From Ostrea edulis (lineage: Eukaryota): a DNA stretch of 64,000 nt. The position numbers were made by a program, and so were the translations under genes. The stretch is from assembly GCF_947568905.1 (NCBI RefSeq), contig NC_079165.1, forward strand, positions 102,486,001 through 102,550,000, in the 5' to 3' direction. Shown in pieces: positions 40,565 through 52,781 of the stretch. Under the pieces are notes generated by a model. It ran no database searches. It had not been told where the DNA came from and saw only the letters and a program-made list of their open reading frames with translations. Position 1 is the first letter of the stretch. The number at the start of each line of letters is the position of its first letter.

Positions 40565-40664
40565 AAATTATAATATACGATCGCGAAAAGATGTATATTT
40601 AAATATCATCTAGGATAATCAATGTAAAAAGAATAGAAATGTGTTTATAGATTTACCTTACGCG

Positions 40665-41030
40665 AGTCGAATCAGTTGAGAGACGTAAATATTATATGCA
40701 GGCAATAATGGAATATTGCTACATAAATATGGGAAGTTGACGATGACGAAGCTGAAGTCACACCGTTTTTTCAAAAGACTAAGTTGTTGCTTTGTCTTTT
40801 ATGTCTATGTTCAATACAATTTCCAAATCTGAAGCGGATGTAGAAGACTCTGTGGTATCTTATTTCGAGTTAACAAGGAAATATCGAATCGACATATGAA
40901 AGTGAATAATGTTAATAGATAACAGAAGTATCTAAATGTCGAGTTGAAGGCTACAACAAGAGATTTTTTCTTCTCATGTAAAAGCTTTTGAATAAATTTT
41001 GCCTCCTATGAATACAAAAACCGGTCAGTA
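40665..41030 (-). mobile_element. Naiad-type PLE RT fragment, degenerate
   Basis: Similar to the 13700-14250 copies (thumb and FLYSYEA-type region). Confidence 0.65.
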
Positions 41031-42151
41031 TTAAACATAATAATAATAGGTAAGCGGCCCCACACCCCATATCTCAGATTTTTTTTTCAAGCTCGTCTGA
41101 ACTGAAATCATGGATCCGCCCATGCTTAAAAGGTAATTTGCATTTAAGAAGCTATATTGATTTATAAAATATTGAAATGCCATCATGATGGTATGCAAAT
41201 CAGGCAGATATGTAAATTATTAGATTTCGAATTGCAGAAACCAAACATGCTTCAGAATCTTGGTTAATATGATTTATATTTTAACTTGAAACCCTTAGTT
41301 AAGACCTCACCAAATGCCAACGTGCCTGACCTCTAAGGATACCTACTCAGATGATTGCTGATTCAATCAAATATTGGGGAAACATCCAAATCCCATGGCT
41401 TTGCTTGAGGTTTGGGGTATCATGTTATGATTGACTGTTGTTGGCTGAGCACTGGCGCAGTATAAAGCAAGGTGCATGTTTTATTTCAAGCAACGATATA
41501 GATATTGACATTGGTTTCACTGACAAATGCTCTATAATTATAACCATAGCATTAGCAATAGGTGTAAGCTTATCATTTAATTTGCTGTAGAGGTTGGGGT
41601 CATGTATACAAGCTAGAGCTCCTAATCAATGCTCCCACCACCAATAATTATACGGATTAATGGCCATTCTTGAACGATACTATTCATCATAAGTAACCCA
41701 ACCTCTAGCCTTTTCTGCTTCCACGCGAATGTCAAATAAATGAGAAATTTGTCATTCCAAGCGTCTATTGAAGAAATTTTGGAGGTTAGCATAGGCTGTG
41801 CCACAAGTTGGTTCAGTGTATTCAATGATAAAGAAGATGACTTGTCTTATCAATATAATAGCGAAGCGAATGTTGTGTAGAGTTGGGCAAAAGGGGTTGG
41901 ATTTACTGGGTCGACAAGGTACCAGTGTTATCCGGTAAATCGGTATTAACATTGTTGACTTGCCGTACCTTGAGATGTTGACATTTGTTCGTTCTTCGTA
42001 GCTGTTCCCTTGGCCTGCACATTAAGAATGAGTACCGGAGTCACCGTTTGTGAGTTTGGCTGTTCCGGTGGCACAATACTGACAATAGTTCAAAATATTT
42101 CAATTTTAATGGCTGAATTGATGTTTTGCACCAAACTTATCTTATACATGA

Positions 42152-42440
42152 AAGGTGAAGATAACAAACAGTGATCAATCTCATAACTCCTAAAAGCTAT
42201 ACAAAATAAAGAGTTGGGCAAACACGGACCCCTGGATATACCAGAGGTGGGATCAGGTGCTTAGGAGGAGTAAGCGTCCCCTGTCGACCGGTCCAATCCG
42301 CCGTAAGCTCTATATTTTCATCAGGTAAACGGAGTTATCCGTAGTCAAAATCAGTGTGCCAAGAACGGTCTAACAATCGGTATTTGACCCATTGAAAGGT
42401 TGCAATGGCAAACAACCATATAATTTGCGATATGCTGACT
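42152..42440 (-). mobile_element. Naiad-type PLE 3' fragment
   Basis: Shared terminus AAAGGTGAAGATAAC onward. Confidence 0.8.
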
Positions 42441-42651
42441 TGGTAGAACATTTACTGGATCCAGCAATGTATCTTTGCTTGTAAAGGTTTTTATGAAGTT
42501 TAGGAATGCGGTATAGGTACGGTAACTCATATTCATCCGACCCTTTTGGGTTTTGAAGAATTTCATCTTTTGAAAGGGCAGTTTGAGTATAATTACGATT
42601 ACCAAAAGAGGAATTAATGCCAAGTTCGTTAAAAATACAGTTGTAATAATG

Positions 42652-42880
42652 ATTAATTGATTGATTGATTGATTGATTGATTGATATTTTCTGTCACACT
42701 CAACATTTTTTCAGTTATTTGGTGGCGCCCAGTTAGTATTGGGAAGAGACCACCGACCTTCCGAAAGTAAACTGGGAAATTTTCTCTTACCGGTGCGAGC
42801 TGGATTCAAACCCACGCCGACAGAGGTGAGAGGCCGTGGGATTTTGAGCGCGATGCTCTAACCACTCAGCCACAGAGGCT
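42652..42880 (-). mobile_element. tRNA-derived SINE family B copy with (GATT)n tail
   Basis: Homologous to 15640-15869. Confidence 0.8.
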
Positions 42881-43184
42881 TACAAACACAGACAGTGTTT
42901 TAACAAGCTTTGTCTGCTGGAATCAAAACATATTCTTCGTGTAATCTGTCTAATTCTTTTATCACTTCTGATATACTAAACACAGAAGGATAGATGGTAT
43001 GTACTTTTGTTTTGATGTGTCTCATGCGGGATTTTGATATTCCTCCTATACTTTTAATACATTCTGACAATGTATCAAGTTTTTTTCTTCATATTTAGCC
43101 AATCGTCTGGCATAATCGTTGACAGAATTCATAGCAGAGATAATGTTCTGTCGCCAATTGAAAGACCGAGGTTCTCTGTATTTA

Positions 43185-43450
43185 GCATCACCGGTAATGA
43201 CATGTTCAGCTGGACTATATCAACATCACCAGTAACGACATGTCCATCTGGACTATATCAACATCACCAGTAATGACATGTTCAGCTGGACTATATATCA
43301 ACATCACCAGTAATGACATGTCCAGCTGGACTATATCTACATCACCAGTAATGACATGTCCAGCTGGTCTATATCAACATCACCAGTAATGACATGTCCA
43401 GCTGGTTTATATCAACATCACCAGTAATGACATGTTCAGCTGGACTATAG
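43185..43450. repeat. 38-bp minisatellite, about 6.5 units
   Basis: Unit CATGTTCAGCTGGACTATATCAACATCACCAGTAATGA, ending next to the retrozyme left end. Confidence 0.9.
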
Positions 43451-43693
43451 TTGATTGGTGCATTAAAATTGGTACCGTATAAGTTTTCCATTGTGACCCC
43501 TGGGTCGAGGCCTCTGCTGGTGGACTGTTAGTCCCCGAGGGTCTCTACAGCCCAGTAGCGAAGTACTTCGTTACTAGCTTGAAAATACGGATGTATATTT
43601 AATTGCTGTGATAAAATTTAGAAATTCATTTCAAAATTAAAGATTATCTCCCTCATGCAAAACTCTTATCCTTAGACGAATTTTGCTCCACTT

Positions 43694-44712
43694 TTTAGTT
43701 TCAAGTGTTTTGAATTATGGTAGTGAAATTTGGGGTTTTAACCCAGGTAACGATGTTGAAAAGGTACATGTGGACTTTTGTAAGCGAATTTTACATGTAA
43801 AGAAGTGCACTCCAAATTATATGGTTTACGGGGAACTTGGTCGTGTGCCAATGTATAATTTACGTATGATAAAAATTATCAAATATTGGTTGAAAGTTAT
43901 CAAAACCGACAATTGTATCCTTCAATCTATATATGATGACATGTTGATTTGCAATCACAAGAACTGTAATTGGCGCTGCCAAGTTAAGCATTTATTATTA
44001 TCGAAAGGATTTGGTGATGTATGGTTTAACCACTATGTTAATAATGAAGTTTTATTTCTAGAATGTCTCAAACAGCGTTTAACTGACAACTTCATGCAGT
44101 CACGAGATGAATTTTTTGTTAATTCACCCAAATGTATTCTGTATAGACACCTTATTGATAATGTTACCATTCAATTTTACTTGACAAAATCTATTCCGGA
44201 AAATCTTATTAATCTTTTAGCAAAATTTAGATTGTCTGCTCACCAGCTTAGAATTGAACAAGGTAGATATAATGGCACAGCAAGACAAGATCGATTGTGT
44301 GAATTTTGTAATTTGAACGAAGTTGAGGACGAATATCATTTTATTTTAATATGTCCTTTGTACAAAAACCTCAGATCTGCATATATAAAAAAATATTATT
44401 GGTCGCATGCTTCTATGTTTAAACTGGTACAATTGATGTCAATTCATAATAGAAAACAAATCTGTAATCTGGGTAAATTTTTAAAAGGTGCTTTACTCTT
44501 ACGATCTAGCCAAACTATCGTCTAATGTATATGCTGGTTTTTGTTGGTTTCTTTTTTATGTAAACTTGTCTTATAACTCTCTTCATGTATGTCCATCCTC
44601 TAATATTCACTCCACTTTTCATACTGTATACATCTTTTTTGTTTATACTTTGTAATTGAATATGTATTATGCTGATGAGCCGTAAGGCTTAAAGCCAATA
44701 AACAATACAATA
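43694..44712 (+). mobile_element. 5'-truncated non-LTR retrotransposon, RTE-X-like (RT C-terminus plus CCHC-type domain)
   Basis: Open frame 43683..44525 with NYGSEIWG, VYGELGRVP, FRLSAHQLRIEQGRY and RLCEFC..EDEYHFILICPLY; 3' stem-loop GAGCC-GTAA-GGCTT, AATAAA and (CAATA)n tail. Confidence 0.8.
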
Positions 44713-44778
44713 CAGCACAGTTTTTCCCTATAATAGTTCTAGCAAGTTTATCGTTATTTCGGATTTCAAACATTTCGG

Positions 44779-44831
44779 TTGAGCATCACTGAAGAGACAT
44801 TATTTGTCGAAATGCACATCTGGTGCATCAA
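44779..44831 (+). ncRNA. Minimal type I hammerhead ribozyme with intact catalytic core
   Basis: Stem I TTGAGCATCA / TGGTGC(A)TCAA, CTGAAGA at 44789, stem II GACA-TTATT-TGTC, GAAA at 44809, short stem III ATG-CA-CAT and AUC cleavage triplet ending at 44820. Confidence 0.8.
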
Positions 44832-44859
44832 AATTGGTACCGTATAAGTTTTACATTGA

Positions 44860-45590
44860 AAGAAGACGGAAATTAAGTACATGCAGGTGGATTAAGCATA
44901 TTAAGATGGTCGATATCTAAGCACTGCAAAATTTGTTTATAATTATAAAGTTTGTATGCAATAGTAGAAGTATATTTGTAGGAAATACAGGGTGTAGACT
45001 TGAAATTGAAGTATGTTGGAACACAAGACTGAACCCTTTTATGACGAAGAATGTTGCTCATGCTGACGACATCTATTCCTTTGTTTGTAAATTTAAGCAT
45101 AAGGAACTGGTGGCATGGCTCGGGAGGAACATCATCCATGACCCGCGGTGGTTTAAAAAGCCTGTGATTGGCAACATCCATAATCATAGAGTTCAGTCTA
45201 TATTCTGGTGTTGAAAAATTCAGGTATAGACTAGCTTTGGTTTCTTCAAATAACGTATTAAAACTCTTAATGGAACAGAGTAAATTTTTGTGCGAATATG
45301 ATGTGGAGCTAATTGTCTGTTGACGTAAGGCAAAAGTGACATCATGTATACTTGGTCTTTTATATATACGATGTCCATGACTGCGTTTTCGTCTTTGAGT
45401 AGTTGGAAAGAGCCTCATCACATTCACGTTATTTCCTTGTGGACTGGTCAAATTTCCTACATCGTATACATTATCATTGCATCCATATGGAAATGCAGTA
45501 CCTAGAGTCCTGATCCAATGATCTTCTCCTTGTCTATGAAAAGGGGTACTTAATGTTGGATTATTTGTGTTTTTCTAAAACCCTGACCTT
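44860..45590 (-). mobile_element. Naiad-type PLE N-terminal region: GIY-YIG endonuclease C-terminal motif and linker
   Basis: Minus strand RQGEDHWIRTLGTAFPYGCND (GIY-YIG E..WI..L.T..P.G.N motif) upstream of ORF 44873..45451, which ends PPACT at the probable CxC linker. Confidence 0.7.
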
Positions 45591-45899
45591 TATGGATTTT
45601 GACAGTTTTCCTTTTCAATGAGGATGTTCACTCTACTAATGACATGGTCGCACCTCTGGTGTTCCCAGCAGGCAGTTTACGTGTTTGCTCTAACTTATTT
45701 TAATATTAAATAAGACGGATCGTTGTTCATTATCTTCACCTACACACGCACAAATATATACAATCATAACGCCGACGATTGAATACTTCCTTCGTTCCCC
45801 GATGGAGAAAGAAACTAGTTGAGTATATTCAATTCAATAATTTCTGATAATTTTATTATATTACTACTTGTGTGGATTTTTCTATATTTATGTCTAGCC

Positions 45900-46345
45900 C
45901 TACAATCAGGGCCGGGACAGTGAGGGATCTTTAACGTATCAACATAGCAGTGAGGGATCTTTAACGTGTCAACATTGCAGTGAGGGGTCTCTAACGTGTC
46001 AACATGGCAGTGAGGGGTCTCTAACGTGTCAACATGGCAGTGAGGGATATTTAACGTGTCAACATAGCAGTGAGGGATCTTTAACGTGTCAACATTGCAG
46101 TGAGGGGTCTCTAACGTGTCAACATTGCAGTGAGGGGTCTCTAACGTGTCAACATGGCAGTGAGGGGTCTCTAACGTGTTAATGCCTGCTGCGACATGTA
46201 ATCTCCGGTTTTCAGGTCATATCCCGTGATTGTCAAGCGTTTAGCAAAGTAACAATTACTACCTTTTTGACATGGCATGAACGGGTTCGAACTCACGACC
46301 TCCCGGTTACGAAGTGAATGATCTACCGCTGACTTACCTCAGCTG
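45900..46345 (-). mobile_element. tRNA-derived SINE whose core has expanded into 8 x 30-bp tandem units (45918-46160)
   Basis: B box GAGTTCGAACCC on the minus strand near 46285; the reverse complement of the unit (GACACGTTAAAGATCCCTCACTG) matches the SINE core GGCACGCTAAAGAACCCTCACTG. Confidence 0.7.
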
Positions 46346-47952
46346 GCGTGTTCTTTTATTGAAACTATAGGTCTGTAAAAACAGGGTCAAATTCTTCTAC
46401 GATTTCATAATTTCCGAATTAAATACAGACTAGCACATATCCTCATTGACCGCATTTCAGTTATTTTTGATTACTTTGAACCATATCTTTTTCCATAATT
46501 TCCGAAAGAGTACCGATTAGAACATAACCTCATTAACTGCATTTCATCTATTATTGGTTACTATAATTATATATATAGTGTTTACATCAAAACTGTCACC
46601 GATATATAAAATATAATTTCATAATTAATCATGAAACACTTGAATAATTACATAACATTTGAATGTTTGTCATTTGATTCCATGTAGGTGAAGCTTAGCG
46701 AGTACTATTATTACACACCTAAAATAAACATAATGTATGTATATAGGTCAAGTTACCTACGTAATTGGAACACATCATTGTGAATCTCAGTGTAAGTGAA
46801 TATGGCACATTTGTTTCCAAGATCAGAAAATAATAAACTTCATATTTTGAATAACATTGTATTTTTCTCTTTTTAATTTCACACAATCACCTTATAGACA
46901 TTTTGAATCACATTGAAAATTTAATTATTCAGACAAATTAAATACATATACATGTAATATGCGTCATATGTGCGTGCATTTTATTCAGTTATGAACCACA
47001 TAAATAATGGAGTCACATTACTCTTTCTGATTTACAGATGCACATAACACTGAACGCTAAACTTGGTAATTGGGAACTTGGCTTTTAGGGGGACTATATT
47101 TTTTCGTTAATCAACGACGTAGTCACTTTATTACCTCATTAAAAGAATGAAATATAATTGAATTTTGTTTTCAGTAGAACGAAATCAAAACAAGAGATTT
47201 TCTAAACTATGGGAATAAATCGTAAATGACTTTATAATTTATAACGTGTCGTGTGATTGGTCCGCGAATAATCCCGAGACCCTTCGGATGATCCCGAGAC
47301 TAAGCAATGTCTTTGCGAACCAATCACACGGCGTGTACAACAAATTCGTAGTCTGTGACCTCCTTTTTGGCTGCCAGTGGAAGAGATGAAGCCCTGTCCG
47401 ATCAATGCACGCAAGATTGTGTCAAATAAAAGAGATGAGATGGGTTTTGAGTTGAAGAGACTTGTAGTATGACATCTCCCCGACCTGCCGCTCGTCAAAA
47501 TTCCTTAGGTAACGCTGTAATTACTTGGAAAATGTGCCCGGAAACGGGGACCCCCTGTTTGTTTACAAATTTTTGTTTCTTACCTTGTGTATTTTATTAT
47601 ACCGGTAGAAGGCCAATCTTTAAAGCTTACAAAAAGCGTGAAACGATTACATGAATCGAAAGAGGGATGAGATAGACTGGGAATTCATACATTTCAGAGA
47701 AATTATTGCCACCAAAAAAAAAATTATGAAAAAGGGGGGGGGGGTAGTAATATCCATACTTCAGGTGCCTGTGATAACGATGGGTGGGTGAGTGGGACTT
47801 GTTTTGTTGTCGTTGTTCTCTGATAAAGTAATATCGTCTCAAGAATCACCCATGACAGGTAGCAAAAAACAAAAAACAAAAAAAAACAAAAACCGTCCAG
47901 ACTGCACGAGAAAGAGCCATAAAATGGCTTTACTTGTATGAAATACCTTACA

Positions 47953-48205
47953 CGTTCGCCCCGCATGCGGGATGCCGGGGTTCGAATCCCGGCCTCGACA
48001 GACCGAAGTCGTTAAAACAGGTAGTGACCTTAAAAACGGATGACCCGTGCCACAGTAGGTGTGGCACGCTAAAGAACCCTCACTGCTCAATGGCCATAAG
48101 CGCCGAGCATAGGCCTAAATTTGAAGCCCTTCATCGGTCTTGGTGACGTCTCTATATGAGTGAAAAATTCTCAAGCGAGACGTTAAGCAAGAATCAATCA
48201 ATCAA
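47953..48205 (+). mobile_element. SINE family A copy, 5'-truncated with internal deletion
   Basis: Aligns to 971-1302 with a deletion between two GTGAC/ATGAC motifs. Confidence 0.85.
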
Positions 48206-49263
48206 TACACGGGCCCTAACTGCCCGTACTATGAATATCAATGTTACCAGACAAGGTGACCATGGTAACAGCCAGTAGATGGTAATAAAAGACAAACACG
48301 TACACGTATTCCCAAGAGTATCGTCAATACATACATTTATTGTGTTGGATCATTTCTACACTTTGTACATGGAATCAATATTATGGAGCATAATAACATT
48401 TATGTTTAAAGCGTATATATATATGTCAGTTATCCCATTTGGGACCTCGCAGAGTTTTACCTCATTGAGGGCCTCTAGTTTTTGTAGCCAATCGCTGGCT
48501 TGGACACGCGTTAACTGTTGCATATACATGGGATTTTGTTAACACAATTTTTTGGAAGTCAATCTAAGTTCTTTCAATTTGTTCAAACCTCCACCACCCC
48601 AACTTTTCATCCTCAATTTTAAAGAATAATCCGGTGTTACGCAACCCTCTATATACATTTAATGTGGGTTAGTGATGCTATGCAATGTGTTCAGATGTTG
48701 ATTTTACATGTTTGTTTTATTACTTGGTCATGATAAGAGATGATTTTAGATAATTTTTGTTTATTTGTCATTTGATAAAGTTATATTTTTTGTGATAGCC
48801 TTATTTGTTCGCCATAGTTTTCTTATCTATTGTCAACTCAAGATATGAAAATATTAAGAAATTTCTGTGTTTTTATTTCTCATATTTTTGAGATTGTCTG
48901 TTCTTCGTAATTGTTCTTCTGCTACCTCTTAAACGTATTACTATTATGTTTATTTATACATACATTGTATTTTATGTTCCCCTCTGGTATCTAAGAAAGT
49001 TGCATTGTTCCATATACGAACCTCTGACGATTTTTCTTGCATGTATTTTATTTCTTGTACATCATGTACCGTTTAACATGGTTTGAGCAAATAAATTGAA
49101 TTGCATTGCATCATTTTCGATAGTTTGTCTTCTTTGGGGGACATCAGACTTTTAGCTTTGCAAGTACTTTGATGTAGAATTGCATTAGTTGATTTCCCCC
49201 AGAATCTTCTGTTGAAGATGGTAAGTAATAAATGACACAATTTTCAATCTCAATCACTCTTAT

Positions 49264-49298
<35 letters not shown>

Positions 49299-49999
49299 CA
49301 GATATTGATGACAGCAAAAACGAGCTACGGTGAGCAGAGTTTGGGTAATAGAAGCTTATAAACAAAAAATATTAGATATTTGTTTTAAAATTATCACCGC
49401 CTTGCCATTAAATGGTGATTTTTATTATCGTATAGCGTAATTTTCATTATACCACCGACGTTTCACGTTTTCTATTAAATCACATATCTTAATTTCATTG
49501 GTTGAGGCACGCATGCAAGGGGTGGGGTGGGGGTGGGGGGGGGTTAACCCACCAACTATGGGCTAGGAAGAAAGTGAATACTTGTATATTTGACTATTTG
49601 TAGGCATTTGCAGTTGTAAAATGCCACATGTTTTAGTCCATAGTTTCAATTGGACCCCTAAAAATGCATGGAGTGAAACCCACTTCCCTGGGGAGAATTT
49701 ATATAGATCCGCTCATATGCATGTGGCTTGCTCTTACGGGTAGCTCCATCAACATATTAATCAGCTATAGTTGTTCTCTTATACATTTGATACAGTAACG
49801 AAGGAAAACTTGGCTATGCACCGATTGACCTTTACCTAACCCCACAAAAGGGGATAATTCAAATTGCCGTTTGATACGTGTAGGTTTATTATTGTCAATA
49901 ATATTCATTGATATAATTTTCGTGTTTGTTGATTTATTTTCGATCTCTCATCAATACATGTCGACCACAATCGACCCGGGGTCGGTTGAAAAATAGGAT

Positions 50000-50200
50000 G
50001 TGGGTTGTCCGGGTAGTACATCTCACCGCTACGACCCAAGTTCGATCCTGAGGATTAACAGTGGTTAAATTATGCGAGAGGGTATTGTGGTCATCCACTT
50101 GGACACGTGGGTTTCCACCAGGTATTCCGATTCCAATGACTCCTTCTCTACTGAGACGACGAGAGGAAAACGTCTTTGTTAATCGTTTAAGCATTTATAT
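50000..50200 (+). mobile_element. CORE-like SINE (family C); reverse copy at about 52790-52985
   Basis: GTTCGATCC B box followed by GTGGGTTTCCACCAGGTATTCCGATTCC CORE-like block. Confidence 0.6.
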
Positions 50201-50493
50201 TATTAATCAATGGAAGTAATCAAAAGAAATTAAATTCATTACAAAATTGATAATTTAATTAAGATACAAAGAGAAAATAAGTGAAAATTTCCCTTTAATT
50301 TTTTTTTATATCTTCCTCCGAAGTATGGGTACCGTCAAAACAGGAAATAATTTCAGTGTATTTTACAATTCTAATTATAGATTGCATGTAATCGTTTAAA
50401 GATGACCTGATGTTGGAATGATTTCCTGACCGGATACTGATTAATAAGCACACTTGAAATGTTAAAAAGCACAAAGTTAATCTGCGGTCTGAT

Positions 50494-52026
50494 ATGGATT
50501 TCGGAAGATGTAACAGGTATGAAAATAAAAAATAAGAGAATGAAATCGATTCCAAGATGATTCTGGAAAAAAAAAATCAAAATTTGATATGGACATGACT
50601 TGAAGTAATTGCGAAATATAAATTGTCTTCTCTTTTTTTTTTTTTTTTTTAATCAGCTCCTTGAGCAGTAGGATTGTATGTTGCTCTAACTTTTATTTGG
50701 AGGGAGGTGTTTGTAAACGTAAGTATTTTATTAACAAAAATAAGAATCAACATTAAAGATATACTTTTATCAAACTGGAAATAACTCAAAATCATTTAAA
50801 ATTGTTCTTCACATTTCGAATCAATTAAGTATCATTAGAAACAAATGGCAAAGATCTGTTATGTTATATTTACTTCCTATTTACACGGCTCCTCTGACGT
50901 GGAGATTTTTTTTACAGCGTGTCCAGGCGGGACGTACGGGGTGAACTGTTCCCAGCGCTGTCCCACTGGTTTGTATGGTGAACGCTGCGGTTACTTCTGT
51001 AAGTGTCCACCAGAACAATGCATTGCTGCTACTGGGTGCATCACAACATCGCCGGCAGCATCTTCTCAAATGACAACAGGTGTGGTTTTAATGAATGAAA
51101 ATAAATAGCGTGACTACAATAGTATCTGATAAAAAAGATTCACATATGTTTAGATAAATTTTATTGTGAACTAAATATTATCATTTTTAAAAAAAGTACA
51201 ATTTTTTTTAAATGAATGCGAATTTATACTGCGTGTATATCCATATGATTGAGTGACGATGTATTCTATTGAATTTTCAGAAACAACCATGACGGTATAC
51301 GCACATGAAACATCTACAGGAAGCAGTCTGAAAACAACTGATTTACTTGATTCAACAGTGAGGAATGGTATTTTTTCTATGCAAGAGGAGACCGAGCCTT
51401 TCCCATATAAAATGATTATGGTAGGAATGGGTGCTGTTATACTCTGTTTTTTAGTTTTCTCATTGATTCAAATATGCTCCAAAGTGCGGTCCAAACGCAA
51501 ACGTAAGAGAGTCACACCATCTGAAGAGAGTGGCACTTATCATGAAATCCCAGCAGCAGGTGAAATAGCACCACTGGAGATCGCAAGACATTACAATGAA
51601 ATAACAGAGCACAGTGACGGCGGATACAAAGAAATCCAACAACAAAAGAGACAGCAGGAAATGCAGCAAGTTGGACTCTATCGGGAGCTGATATCTGACG
51701 ATATCAAACTGGAAAACATTGATACACTACATGAAACTATTTCCCAAAATATGTACCTAACAGTCGACAACGCAACAAGAGACGAGGAAAACGCAAGTTC
51801 TGATGACGAAAATAGAGAATCGTACCTAGAACCTTCCTCCAAAAAAGAAAAACACCTTTACACCGACATTTTGGAATCTTCATATGACGTCACTTCCGAT
51901 ACGGGTACTGGAGGAGATGGCATTCTGTCGTGTTCAGATGATGGACGAGATGATAGCGTGTCAACAGATTCAGCAGGCAGAAGTGGATCAGTGCAACAAA
52001 ATGACATTTACTTGGACGTCATTTGA
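50494..52026 (+). CDS. G6: receptor paralog with a canonical ITAM-spaced motif, spliced model 330 aa
   Basis: Exons 50494-50516 (MDFGRCN|S), 50657-50718 (SLSSRIVCCSNFYLEGGVCK, GTAAGT), 50918-51079 (CPGGTYGVNC...CIAATGC) and 51281-52026 (TM MIMVGMGAVILCFLVFSLIQIC, tail). Total 993 nt in frame. Confidence 0.83.
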
Positions 52027-52443
52027 TTCTACGTGGTTTGATCGTTTTGTAGAAAAATAAATGTGTAAATTATAAAGAAAGTATTTTATGTATCTTTGAT
52101 TCTGTGGCTTTGTAGTAAACGTACATCTCAAAAGAAATATCACTAAAATAACCAGAGTTAACTGTAGTTTTAAAAAATCAATATCATGAAACACGATTTG
52201 ATTTGGAAGATGGTTAACGTTATTGAAACAATGCTCCAAAGTACAATTAAGGACAACAGACTTGGTTCATTTCTTCATTACATTAAACAAAATGGAAATT
52301 ATAGGGTAACTTTACTATGAGTACACAAAAAAGATACAAGTTAACTAGGACATATATATGTATTTACATGGATCGTATGAAAATTGGGAAAATATTTTCC
52401 AATGTACTGTTTAAGAATGTTTACACTATCCGTTTACGTAACC

Positions 52444-52781
52444 ACCACGGTGGTCTAGAGGTAGAGCGTTCGGCCCGCATACGGAAGGTCGGGGTTCGAA
52501 TCCCGGCCGCAACAAACCTAAGTCGTTAAAGCAGGTAGTGACAGTTCCATCGCCATACGCTCGGCATGAAGGTGTGAATGACACGAGTCCTCGGAGAGTA
52601 CCTTCAAAACGGATGTCCCGTGTCACAGTAGATGTGGCACCCTAAAGGCCCTTCATTGTTTAATGACCGTAAGCGCAGAACACAGGCCTAAATTAGAAGC
52701 CCTTCACCGGTATTCATGATGTTTTCGTATGAGTGAAAAATTCTGGAGAGGGACGTTAAACAAGATAAAATCAATCGATCA
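52444..52781 (+). mobile_element. SINE family A copy
   Basis: A and B boxes, body and tail homologous to 971-1302; a further 3' fragment lies at about 54076-54145. Confidence 0.85.

Larger units (their letters stand above)
43456..44857 (+). mobile_element. Retrozyme-like non-autonomous element (~350-nt monomer plus ~37-nt terminal direct repeat), split by a LINE
   Basis: TGGTGCAT(T/C)AAAATTGGTACCGTATAAGTTTT(C/A)CATT occurs at both 43456 and 44821. The interior is non-coding and hairpin-rich, and the uninterrupted junction is seen in the copy at about 8690-8875 (-). Confidence 0.75.

Noticed and set aside
41200-42120. LINE endonuclease (APE) remnant
   Set aside because: Apparent motifs were in the wrong order and not convincing; left unannotated.
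44672-44696. Hammerhead-like CTGATGAGCCGTAAGGC
   Set aside because: Followed by TTAAA rather than GAAA and lacking stems I and III; better explained as the LINE 3' terminal stem-loop.
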